DNA of 63,735 nt, the filler included, from Octopus bimaculoides (taxonomy: Eukaryota), in NCBI RefSeq assembly GCF_001194135.2. It is 6 parts of 6 records of this genome, joined end to end, with 100 filler letters (N's around TTAATTAATTAA, not from the genome) between each part and the next. Parts side by side here need not be neighbours in the genome. Positions count along the whole stretch, not along the records: positions 34,599 to 41,006 come from NC_068982.1; positions 41,107 to 59,199 come from NC_068985.1; 4 more parts are not named here. One strand, 5' to 3'. Position 1 is the stretch's first letter, and each line of letters begins with the position of its first letter. The translations under genes and the position numbers were made by a program. Under the pieces are notes generated by a model. That model did no database searches and was not told where the DNA came from. It worked only from the letters and a program-made list of their open reading frames with translations. This document shows positions 37,861-48,889 of this stretch, piece by piece.

Positions 37861-38834
37861 ATAGGTTTTGAGGACTGACAGTGCAGTGGAGTGAGGGTAT
37901 GTTTTGAGAATGTGCACCTTCAGGTCCTCCTTAAATTTATACCTGATTGATGTGAAATGCTCCGCAAGTTCCATAGAACCACTGTTATTGTGCCTGACGC
38001 CATACCTATGTCCATCAAACCTTTTTTTTGCAATTGTTCTGTTGTGCAACCAACATAAATCATTTTGTGTTTGGTGCATTCCACTGCATACACCGAATGG
38101 GAATCCTTTCAAGTCCCTCCTCCTGTGTAAATCATAACATTTCTGTTATAATTCTTGATGGAACTGGTCTGACTCATGTTATTGCACAATGAACAGGGCT
38201 TACCTCTCTTATGGGTGTTTTTGTGGGTGCAGTGTTCAGAAACTCCAATGGAGTTTTTATCTGTGGCACTGGTCAATATTTCTCTAATATTTCTTTTACG
38301 TCTAAAGGCTACAATAGGTGAAAGAAGAAGTATTTGTCGGAAATGAGGATATTTTTCTGAAATATGTTGGTAACTGTCATGCAACACTTTTGAAATGCCA
38401 GTGAAACTTCGGTGCCAGTTAATCACTAAAGGAATTTGGCCATAAGCTTTTTTCTGACTGCTAAAATTAGGCATGAAAGTTTGATTATCACTACTAATTT
38501 CAGCTATGTCAGTCGCGATTTCCTTTAATCTTGATTCACTATAACTGCGCTTTACATAATGGTGCACGAAAGTATTTGCATGTTTCCAATAATCCTCAAT
38601 GTCTGTACAAATACGTCCTATCCTCAAAAACTGGGACTTCGGATTTGATCTGATTGTATGATGTGAAGGATCAGAGAGGCGGTAGAGATAAATATGGAAT
38701 GACATGGGTTTGCAAAATAATTCTGTGACTATTTGGCCTTCCGAAAACTTGACTTTTGTGTCCAGAAATTCGACACTAGTTTTTGAAATGCTCGACGTGA
38801 ATTTTATTTTGGACTTAAAAACATAATCCTCCAT
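37860..38834 (-). mobile_element. Penelope-like element (Neptune-type): RT thumb plus GIY-YIG, frameshifted
   Basis: VEFLDTKV...SQFLRIGRICT...IPLVINWH...IVAFRRKRNIREIL...CSLC; then SVYAVECTKHKMIYVGCTTEQL and KRFDGHRY. Confidence 0.88.
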
Positions 38835-38999
38835 GAAGCAATTACAGTAATGTAAAAATTGACTAAACTATCCTGACGTCGTCAATGAACCATAACCAGA
38901 GTATAGGTTCATGACCATGCAGGAATTTGAATGTCACCATTAATTGCTATTAACAGTATTTTGGAATGGCTGGATGGCTTTCTGCTCCCAGTAGCTAAA

Positions 39000-39235
39000 A
39001 GATCAAGTTCCTACATTTTGTTTCCAAATTGAACAAATTTTCTAAACACCGAAGTAGTGTTAAAGACTGTTTTTTGGTAACCATGGATGTTTCTTCCTTA
39101 AACCCCAACATCGATCATGATGAGTGGGTGGAAGCATACATGAAAGCCTTTGAAAAACGGTCAAAGAAAAGTATTTCCTCAAAGTTTCTCTGTAAATTAT
39201 TAAAATTTGTGTTACAAAATAACACAATGACTGGC
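39000..39235 (+). mobile_element. PLE RT N-terminal motif fragment, inverted relative to 37860-38834
   Basis: FLVTMDVSSLNPNIDHDE...LCKLLKFVLQNN. Confidence 0.8.
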
Positions 39236-39538
39236 TCCCATGCTGGTAGCATGTAAAAAGCACCATCTGAACGTGGCTGATGCCAGTACCACTTGACGTG
39301 ATCGATGCCAGGCCCTCCTGACTGGCTCCTGTGCTGGTGGCACATAAAAAGTACCCACTACATTCTTGGAGTGTTTGGCGTTAGGAAGGGCATCTAGTTG
39401 TAGAAACATTGCCAGATCAGATTGGAGCCTGGTGCAGCCGTTGGCTCTCCAGACCTCAGTCAAACTGTCCAACCCATGCCAGCATGGAAAACTGACATTA
39501 AACAATGATGGTGATGATGATGATGATGATGATGATGA
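39236..39538 (+). mobile_element. RTE-derived 3'-UTR repeat
   Basis: Same family, (GAT)n tail. Further copies at about 35-215 (-), 40575-40985 (+) and 62470-62660 (+). Confidence 0.8.
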
Positions 39539-40165
39539 ATGAAGTACTCAGACAGAAATATTTAACTCAGTTAATACTCTAAATAACATGGATACACTAA
39601 CTGGAAATGAAAAGAAGAGTGAAGATGGTACATAAAGATTATCCTTTTCTTGCCCACTAAGTAAAACCAAATCTCTTATAAAACAAATTAATGATGACAA
39701 TTTGGACCAGTATACTAATGAACAGGCTTGATTGATCTTAACAAAGATCAGAATATAAATTTTAGCAAATGATAGAAAATAATGTAATGTCATGTATTTT
39801 ATGTTTGAGAAATTAGAAAGGTAACTTAAGATTGATTCCTCAACAGATTCTGAAACTTAAGGCTAAATAAAAAATACTCTTTTATATATTACAAAACTAT
39901 TCACTTGTCTTACCTTTGGTAAAAGATATTATAACATAAAATATTGGATTTTTTTTTTAAATAACTTCTTTGACTTTTGAGATATCATTCCAAACTAATC
40001 TATATGTCATTCCAAGGTTGTCAACAGCTAAACAAATTCAGCCCCATTCTGAACAAGGACAAAGTACAAGATTCAATCTTGATTTAATGTAATTAATGAC
40101 TTTACTCTTAATTCAATATTTTCACAATGACAAAATGTTAGAAATATTAGATTTTTAGTACTCAC

Positions 40166-40396
40166 CAATACAGTGATATTAACAAGAGCAATACCTTCCT
40201 TAACTGGTTTACCATTATCTTCAGCTTTGACTACTAACTGGATGACATTATCAGTCAGGTTTTCATAATCTATATTTGATGCAGTAATAATTCCATTTTG
40301 TGCATTTATGAAAAAACTCTTTGAAAGGCCTTCACTAGCATTTACTATTGAATATCTTACTACAGAATTACCTGTCTCTTTATCAGCATCAGTTGC
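40166..40396 (-). CDS. Internal exon of a multi-exon cadherin-superfamily gene (most of one EC repeat)
   Basis: 231 nt, phase 0/0, no stops: ATDADKETGNSVVRYSIVNASEGLSKSFFINAQNGIITASNIDYENLTDNVIQLVVKAEDNGKPVKEGIALVNITVL, with cadherin motifs AxDxD, DYE and AxDxGxP. Acceptor ttctctttcactatag|, donor TTG|GTGAGT. Confidence 0.93.
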
Positions 40397-41599
40397 CTAT
40401 AGTGAAAGAGAAATCAACAAGAAATTACCCTTCAAATCAAACTCTTTTACAAACATAATACATAATATTACAAAAGAGAATTCCCCAAAATTCATCTGGC
40501 TCATGATTTACAACCACTTTAGAATAGAAAAAAATTATAAATATGTGAGAGAGTGAGTACACACACACAGATATTGCCAGTGGCATGTAAAAATCACCTT
40601 TCAAGTGTTGAGCATCAGAGGCAATGTGGCCAATACTGGTGTTGCAGATCTAGCAACCATGGTAGCGGAAAGTAAAACACACCTTTCAAGCACTGGGCCT
40701 CATGGAGGCAATGACAAATGACCAAGACCCTTGACAATATTCTGTGTTTGAGAAGGAAGGTACAACAAGATGAGTGAAATCGTAATTGTGACAGATACTG
40801 GTGTCACGCAACTGGCATGTAAAAGCACCCATTACACATTTGGAGTGGTTGACGTTCTATCCAGCCATAGAAACCATGCTAAATCAGAGTGGAATCTGGT
40901 GCAGCCCCTCAACTTATCAGCCCTGGTCAAATCATCCAACTCACGCCAGTGTGGACAATGGATGTTAAATGATGATGATGAGGATAATATGTATATATAT
41001 ATATATNNNNNNNNNNNNNNNNNNNNNNNNNNNNNNNNNNNNNNNNNNNNTTAATTAATTAANNNNNNNNNNNNNNNNNNNNNNNNNNNNNNNNNNNNNN
41101 NNNNNNTTCTGTCCTCCTATTCATTACAAATACCATAGCTCATTGTGCTACCCTACCCCCTGCCAAGATGGGTCGGTCGGTACATTCCTATCCTGCCGTT
41201 TTTGAACTTTCACTGACCGGAAAGGGGCAGCTACGCTAAAAATAGCTGTGGTTGCCAACAAGACAAAGGAAATACCATTTTCCCCAACTGACCAGAGTAC
41301 GGGTTCAAAACCCAGCCCGGGAGATAGGGATATAATGCCAACTGTATTTTCGGTCGTCGCATCAATATATATATACGCGCACACGTGCCATTTTTTAATC
41401 GACTTTTTCTAACATCTCTTTTATCATGCAAACACACACACACATCATATCACATTATATCACATCACATTCTACATCGAGATATTCTAAGATCTCGAAT
41501 ACATTTCATTGACTGAAATATATTTACAACGTTATCGCCACTGCATCGGAAACTACATTAAAACAATATTCAATTTTAGTATGTCCCTTTTTCCTTATC

Positions 41600-41606
41600 T
41601 CACTTC

Positions 41607-41659
<53 letters not shown>

Positions 41660-41774
41660 TTATCTATCTATCTATTTATCTATCTATCTACCCATCTTGC
41701 TCTCTCTCTCTCGTTCTCTTTCCACCTATCTATATCGCTGTCTCATTCTCACTCAATCTATCTATGTCCCGCGC

Positions 41775-41809
<35 letters not shown>

Positions 41810-41839
41810 CTTTTTCTCTGCTTTTCTCTCGCTCTCTAT

Positions 41840-41871
<32 letters not shown>

Positions 41872-41930
41872 ATTCTCTCTCTCTCTCTATTCTCTCTCTC
41901 TCTCTCTCTCTTCCTCTTTCTCTCTCCACT
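41600..41930. repeat. (TCTA)n and (TC)n microsatellites
   Basis: Direct reading. Confidence 0.97.
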
Positions 41931-42594
41931 AAACATCAATACATTTAACATTTTCCATTTACACCTGATAGCCTTTCCATTACCTCTGCCCACCCCTCCC
42001 ACTTTATCCCATTCTTTCATTCTATGATACAAACGCTCAAAAGCATCCCGTACGTAGACACATATAGATTTCTTTTCATTTTACCCCCCCCCCACTCCAC
42101 CATGCCTTACACCCACCCCTTCTCTACCCCTTCTCCCGCCATTTTCTTCCCTACACCACTCACATTTCTTCTCCGTTTTCTAATACATCATTCACATATC
42201 TACTGTTCAATATATTTCTTTTTTCTATTTTCCACTTCAAACAATTATTTTTCCCCTCTTTCTAAAAATATGTACATCTATATTGCATGTGTGTGTATAT
42301 GTCTACCTGTGTATGGGAGAGCACATTTTCAAATGTCTGTATGTATGTATAATTTTTCACACATTTCCCATATATTTTCAATGTGCTTTTTCTGCTTTAT
42401 GCCGCCCACATTTCTAATACATTTTTAATTCAACTTTTTTTCACTCTTTTCTTTATTTCTCTCCCACGCATAGATTAGTGAACGTATGAGTGTGTGTGTG
42501 TGTGTGTGCGTGTGTATACATATGTAAGTATGTATTATATATATGTACGTACGTATGTATGTATGTATGTATGTATGTATTTATGTATTATATA

Positions 42595-42626
<32 letters not shown>

Positions 42627-42711
42627 CGTACGTATGTATGTATGTATGTATGTATGAAATTAGGTATGTAGGTGAGGAGAAAAAGAGATAGAATGTGTAT
42701 GCGCGTGCACA

Positions 42712-43026
42712 AGGCGTAGGAGCGGCTGTGTGGTAAGTAACTTGCTTACCAACCACATGGCTCCGGGTTCAGTCCCACTGCGTGGCACCTTGGGCAAGTG
42801 TCTTCTACTATAAGCCTCGGGTCGACCAAAGCCTTGTGAATGGATTTGGTAGACGGAAACTGAAAGAAGCCCGTCGTATATATGTATATATATATATATA
42901 TATATATTTGTGTGTGTGTGTGTGTGTTTATGTGTCTGTGTTTGTCCCCCCAACATCGCTTGACAACCGATGCTGGTGTGTTTACGTCCCCGTAACTAGC
43001 GGTTCGGCAAAAGAGACCGATAGAAT
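42712..43026 (+). mobile_element. SINE family A, young copy running into gap
   Basis: gcggctgtgtggtaagtaacttgcttaccaaccacatggctccgggttcagtcccactgcgtggcaccttgggcaagtgtc; CpGs intact. Confidence 0.9.
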
Positions 43027-43779
43027 NNNNNNNNNNNNNNNNNNNNNNNNNNNNNNNNNNNNNNNNNNNNNNNNNNNNNNNNNNNNNNNNNNNNNNNNNN
43101 NNNNNNNNNNNNNNNNNNNNNNNNNNNNNNNNNNNNNNNNNNNNNNNNNNNNNNNNNNNNNNNNNNNNNNNNNNNNNNNNNNNNNNNNNNNNNNNNNNNN
43201 NNNNNNNNNNNNNNNNNNNNNNNNNNNNNNNNNNNNNNNNNNNNNNNNNNNNNNNNNNNNNNNNNNNNNNNNNNNNNNNNNNNNNNNNNNNNNNNNNNNN
43301 NNNNNNNNNNNNNNNNNNNNNNNNNNNNNNNNNNNNNNNNNNNNNNNNNNNNNNNNNNNNNNNNNNNNNNNNNNNNNNNNNNNNNNNNNNNNNNNNNNNN
43401 NNNNNNNNNNNNNNNNNNNNNNNNNNNNNNNNNNNNNNNNNNNNNNNNNNNNNNNNNNNNNNNNNNNNNNNNNNNNNNNNNNNNNNNNNNNNNNNNNNNN
43501 NNNNNNNNNNNNNNNNNNNNNNNNNNNNNNNNNNNNNNNNNNNNNNNNNNNNNNNNNNNNNNNNNNNNNNNNNNNNNNNNNNNNNNNNNNNNNNNNNNNN
43601 NNNNNNNNTATATATACATATATATATATATACTCTTTACTCTTTTACTTGGTATGGACATTTAAAATTATATACGTGGAAGAGTGCATCAGAAAACAAT
43701 TCTCGTTAGCTTTGATGCAACAAGTTTATAAACTACTATACCACATGGCCAAGGAATTGAAGCCGTGACTTCTGATTCA

Positions 43780-44300
43780 CAAAATACCCAATTTGCATCC
43801 AGGGTAGATTCTCAACAGACTTTATTTCAGATGGATTTATACCAACACATGAAAATAACGATTTCTTCTTTGACAATATCTTTTACTTAATAAAAGGAAC
43901 AATGGTCACATGAATAGCCCCTACATAGGCAACATATGCAATGGGATTCTTAGAGGATAGACTATGCTCCCAACTACCAGAAACATTCAACCAACAATTC
44001 TCCATCTACGTAAGGAATAATTAGAAACGGTATTTGGATGACTATGTTATCTTTTGGAACCAAAATCAAAAAGTCCTAGTATTCTCCCATTCCTTTCTAA
44101 ATTTATTGAGGTTAGATGTCTCAATAAACTTTTCAATAGAATAGCAAGCAAATGAAGCACCATTTTTGAACATATAGGTTATCAAACACGAAGGCAATAT
44201 TAAAATACTTGAATATTCATTACATACAAAAAGAACAAACCATTTAACATAACAAAGCGAGTTTGCACTGTAGTAATAGACTCTAAATCAAAGAAAACTG
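43780..44300 (+). mobile_element. PLE RT remnant
   Basis: ENNDFFFDNIFYLIKGT...APT...AMGFLEDRL...KRYLDDYVIFW, with stops. Confidence 0.75.
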
Positions 44301-45638
44301 ATTACAAGAACAAAAAATATTTCTAGCAAAGGCAAAAATAAAAATACACCCACTAGGCTTATTGATACAGTTATTATCAAAGTTAGAAACATGCAACCCA
44401 CAGATTACAGTGGTGGGGGAGGCGCAAAAAAAAATAGAAATGAACCCCCAAAAATTACTTTTGTCATCGCCGACAACCGGAGAACCCATGACATTATCAA
44501 CAGTGTTTAAAAATATCTCCCAGCAGGTGCCATGAATCTAACCTAGAAATCTCTACTAATTAAAGTACAATTTACAATAATAAAAGAAAGAAAATTAAAA
44601 GGAAAGAAAGAAACAAAAATGTGATGAACATACGATTATATTGAAGAAGGAGAAGAAAAACTACCTCTAAAAACAACGTTTCAAAAATCAATGCAAAAAT
44701 GAATTGCAAATCGATAAATAAGATTTACTCTGCCAACTGCCCAGATTGCAAGAATACTACGAGGATTGCTGAAAAGTTCTAGGCTTTGGGTAAAAGAAAA
44801 TACAGGATGATAGGCGCAGGAGTGGCTGTGTGGTAAGTAGCTTGCTTATCAACCACNNNNNNNNNNNNNNNNNNNNNNNNNNNNNNNNNNNNNNNNNNNN
44901 NNNNNNNNNNNNNNNNNNNNNNNNNNNNNNNNNNNNNNNNNNNNNNNNNNNNNNNNCCGTGTGTAAACATCGGAGTGGGTAAAAATACACCTACACGATC
45001 TAATGTATGGGCCTGTGCTTTGTTCGCTTTGAATACATGAGCATAATCTTTAGGGTTGCAAAAAATCAAACTAAGACTTATCTCTGACTGTTCTAATCAA
45101 ATAATGCCTGGATGTTCTGGTACCATGGGTTATTTTGATTGACAAAACTGAGATGTAAACAACAGCCGCTTCGATTAGCCGTTCTGAATCCTGCTCGAGA
45201 CTGACACGCTTCAATTATCACTAAATAATCACACTCACTATATACTGACACACACTTTTTCCATTTTATTTTCGCTATTAAAGAAATACAAAACTCAATA
45301 TCCACGAAATAATCATACTTTTTCACATTTTTTTCCGGTAAAAATCTTGCTGGTTACTTCTTTTGTAATCCCGAAAAACAACGTGATTACACTGGTCTAG
45401 CCGTTTGACCGTGAAGAGGGAACAGACAGATAAACTGAGAGAAGGACAAACGCCCATTATAAATTGTAAAATGATTGTGTAGCCTTTTATATACATTTAT
45501 ATACGCAGAATTTAGTATGTGCGTCTTTTTATAGACCTTTCTTCATGTATGTGTGTGTGTGTGCGTGTGTGTGTGCGTGTGTGCGTGTGTGTAGGCGTGT
45601 ATATTCATATATGTGTAGATGTGTATGTTTCTATATCT

Positions 45639-45850
45639 AGGCGCAGGAGTGGCTGTGTGGTAAGTAGCTTGCTTACCAACTACATGGTTCCGGGTTCAGT
45701 TCCACTGCTTGGCACCTTGGGCAAGTGTTTTCTACTATAGCNNNNNNNNNNGCTTGGCACCTTGGGCAAGTGTTTTCTACTATAGCCTCGGGCCGACCAA
45801 AGCCTTGTGAGTGGATTTGGTAGACGGAAACTGAAAGAAGCCCGTCGTAT
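45639..45850 (+). mobile_element. SINE family A, 5' half
   Basis: Same head. Other partial copies at about 44812-44856, 48688-48850, 51231-51405 (-), 55158-55290 and 56469-56557 (-). Confidence 0.85.
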
Positions 45851-45891
45851 ATATATACTGCGTCCAATAACACTATCCGTATCACGTCCTC

Positions 45892-46140
45892 ACATCACAT
45901 ATGAAAAATTACATCGCTTAAATGGCAGTCATTTTCGGCTTCGAACACCCGTACTCTTTCCAAAACTTGCATCACAACACCCTCAAGAGTTTCAGACCCC
46001 ACTTCTCTGATTTCTCTATTGATGTTCTCCTTCAGTTGCACCAGGGTCTCCGGGATGTTGACGTAAACCTTCTTTTCCAGGTATCCCCACTAGAAAAAAG
46101 CCGGGCTAGTCTAGTCTGGGGAACGTGAAGGCCAGTTGAC
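45892..46140 (-). mobile_element. Inverted second copy of the same transposase 3' end
   Basis: NWPSRSPD*TSPAFF*WGYLEKKVYVNIPETLVQLKENI; reverse complement of 46259-46502. Confidence 0.85.
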
Positions 46141-46149
46141 ATTGCCGTA

Positions 46150-46643
46150 ACGGGAGATTATTCTCTCTCCAAAGCACTGCCGTAGCAACTGCCTTGTTTC
46201 CGTTGCGGTTTGAGCAGTTGCCCCACCTTGCTGGAACCATGTGTGAGGTCTACTTTGAATGGCCTTCTCGTTCCCCATACTTGATTATCACGGATTTTTA
46301 CTTGTGGGGATACCTGAAAGAGAGGGTATACGTCAACAAACCGAAGACTCTGATGCAACTGAAGGAGAACATCAATAGAGAAATCAGAGAAGTGGGGTCT
46401 GAAACTCTTGAGGGTGTTGTGGTGCAAGTTTTGGAAAGAGTACGGGCGTTCGAATCCGAAAATGACTGCCATTTAAGCGATGTAATTTTTCATATGTGAT
46501 GTAGAGGTGTTGCAAAATTTGACTCGTGCATATTGATTTCCATTATGTCCTTTATATTGTATCAAAATTTCATGCATTTATTTGTAAAATTAAGGAAGTT
46601 ATTAAAAATTGAAACCCATCAGTGACTTTTGGGACACCCTGTA
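46150..46643 (+). mobile_element. Tc1/mariner-superfamily (maT/rosa-like) transposase 3' end with right TIR
   Basis: WPSRSPYLIITDFYLWGYLKERVYVNKPKTLMQLKENI...HLSDVIFHM; ends gacttttgggacaccctg|ta. Confidence 0.85.
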
Positions 46644-46680
46644 TTACCTTTATAAGCAGGGCTAATTTGGCTTAATGAAC

Positions 46681-46725
46681 AACTTTAATCGATTTTTGAA
46701 TCTTGTTGGATTCTCATCAGAGGCG
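46681..46725 (-). ncRNA. Minimal hammerhead-like motif, G12A variant
   Basis: CUGAUGA-gaauc(caacaa)gauuc-AAAA-a-ucga-uua; perfect 5-bp stem II, palindromic AAUCGAUU, weak stem I. Confidence 0.55.
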
Positions 46726-47767
46726 TCTACATTAATTTGACTAACCCCAGAGAAACAAGTAGCCAATTTGTTTATATACTTAACAATTATATGCCCTCAC
46801 ACGCATAAACACACACATACGCTCGCATATTTGAGCGAGAGAGAGAGATGACAAAGTTTAGGAAATACCATGAGTAAGCGAGAAATAGTCTGTATGTAAA
46901 AGAGAAAGAGAAAGGGGAGAGGGAGGAGGTAGAGCACAGTTAGACAAAAGATAAGAAATTGTTAATGTGGTAGATATAGAGAGAGATAAAGAAAATGGTA
47001 GAAAGTAAGAGGAAATGGAATTGAGAAAATGTATGAAAGACAAAAGCAAAAAATAAAAGAAGAAACTCATTCTGATGAAGAAAACAGGCGATAAGAAGGA
47101 AAATATAAGAGAAAATAAGTGGGGAGTAAAGAAAGAGATGAGAAGAAAGAAAACGAATAAAAGAGAATTGGGGGGGGGACAGAGAAAGAAAGAAGACAAG
47201 AAATAAAGAGAGGAGAGACGAAAAGAGGGCCAGATGTGGAGAGACGGATTATTAAAAGGCGAGAAGAAAAGATAAAATTTAGAAACGAATAACAAGGCGG
47301 CAAAGGAGAAATAAGAAAAATAGGAGAGGGTAGGAGGAGAAGAAAGTAGGGAAGGAATGGTGGAATGATGAAATAAACAATGAAAGAGGGAGTGGGAGGA
47401 GAGAGAGAGAGAAAGAGAAAGAAGTCCTTATTTATTTTTTTATTTATTTTTTTTTTTTTTTAATTTATCAGACATTAAGAGACTGGTTTACGCAAAAGGT
47501 TTAAATGTACTCCTGTCCGAGTGAGAACTAGGTTAGTTGAAATGCATCCTATATCCGGCTACTGATGACAAGTGATTTAATATCTTTATCGCATAAATGA
47601 ACGAAGGTTTAGGAATTTGAACGGTCATTGACCTAACAATCAGTTATTGTCTCGAAACAGAATGGGTGAGGCTTATATAGACAAAGCGGGTAACTTTTAG
47701 CAAAAGAACGATGATAATAAAAATACAGCCGCGTCTCGCTGTAATGGTGTGAGCGGGTACACGTAAT

Positions 47768-48377
47768 ATGGATCTTTTTTAAAACGGGGGCCACATTTTT
47801 CATTAACGAAACACTTTGAAAATTAGAACACTGGTAGAATGTGTCATATAAAACATCTTTTTCTCTTAGTCTTCTTAAAAAAAAAAGAAATCCATAAATT
47901 ATTCCATGTTAAAGTTGTCGTATTTCTGTAATTTCAACCAATCACTGACGTCCATTCAGCCGATATACATTAAGTGCCGACTACATAAACAAACGATTCT
48001 GAAACAATTAACCCTAACCCTAACCCTAACTCTAACCCTAACCCTAACCCTAGGGTTAGGGTTAGGGTTAGGGTTAGGGTTAAAGCAAATTTAAAATGAA
48101 AAAAAGCAAATAAAACGAAGGTAGGAGATTAAATACGCTTTACATCGCTTAATCAGCCAAAGGAGTAAATGTAAACAACTGAATACTTGTCAGTGATTGG
48201 TTGAAATTATCGAAATAAGACAATTTTTTACATGAAATAAATTCGAATACAAAAATATTTTCCAGTTCTATAACACAAAATAGATAAGTATACGAAGTTT
48301 GAAAGTCTTTCGGTACCAAAAACACTACGTAAAACATTAATGAAAAATGTGGCCCCCGTTTTAAAAAAGATCCCGTA
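47768..48377. mobile_element. Non-autonomous TIR element (MITE) with central telomeric-repeat palindrome
   Basis: Perfect 37-bp TIR at 47770-47806 / 48337-48373, 20-bp internal inverted repeat at 47930-47949 / 48189-48208, and (TAACCC)7-TA-(GGGTTA)5 at 48009-48082. Confidence 0.9.
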
Positions 48378-48856
48378 AGATACCTATTTGATTTCTTCTA
48401 TTTGAATTTTTTTCTTTCTTTTTTCTAAAATTTATTATTGTTTAGCCTCAGGTGGGTATGGTCAAACAGACCTACTCTCAAACACATTCAACCCTCGATC
48501 ATGTATTTTGCTTTTTCAAGCTATTATATCTGGGACTACATTATCCAATGTGCCTAATGCATTACAGCTGCAACCATCCTACATTTTTTTTATTCTTTTC
48601 TACAATTTAATCAACACGATCAGCTGTCTTAATATATAACGCGATTAGGCGGATAATCTTCAGACAAAAATGAAAAGGGGAATAGTGTAGGTATGTCTAT
48701 GTGGTTCAAAAACTTGCTTTGCAGTCACGCGGTTTCGGGTTCAGCCTCACTGCGTGGTACATTGGGTAAGTGTTTTCTTCTGTTATAGCCCCGGGCCAGC
48801 CAAAGACTTGTGAATGAATTTGATAGACTGAAACTGTGTGGAAATCCGTCATATAC

Positions 48857-48889
<33 letters not shown>

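Noticed and set aside
45704-45786. 35-bp direct repeat on both sides of a 10-N gap
   Set aside because: Unmerged contig overlap within a SINE.
48009-48082. Telomere fusion site
   Set aside because: Wrong orientation for a fusion, and it sits symmetrically inside a TIR element.
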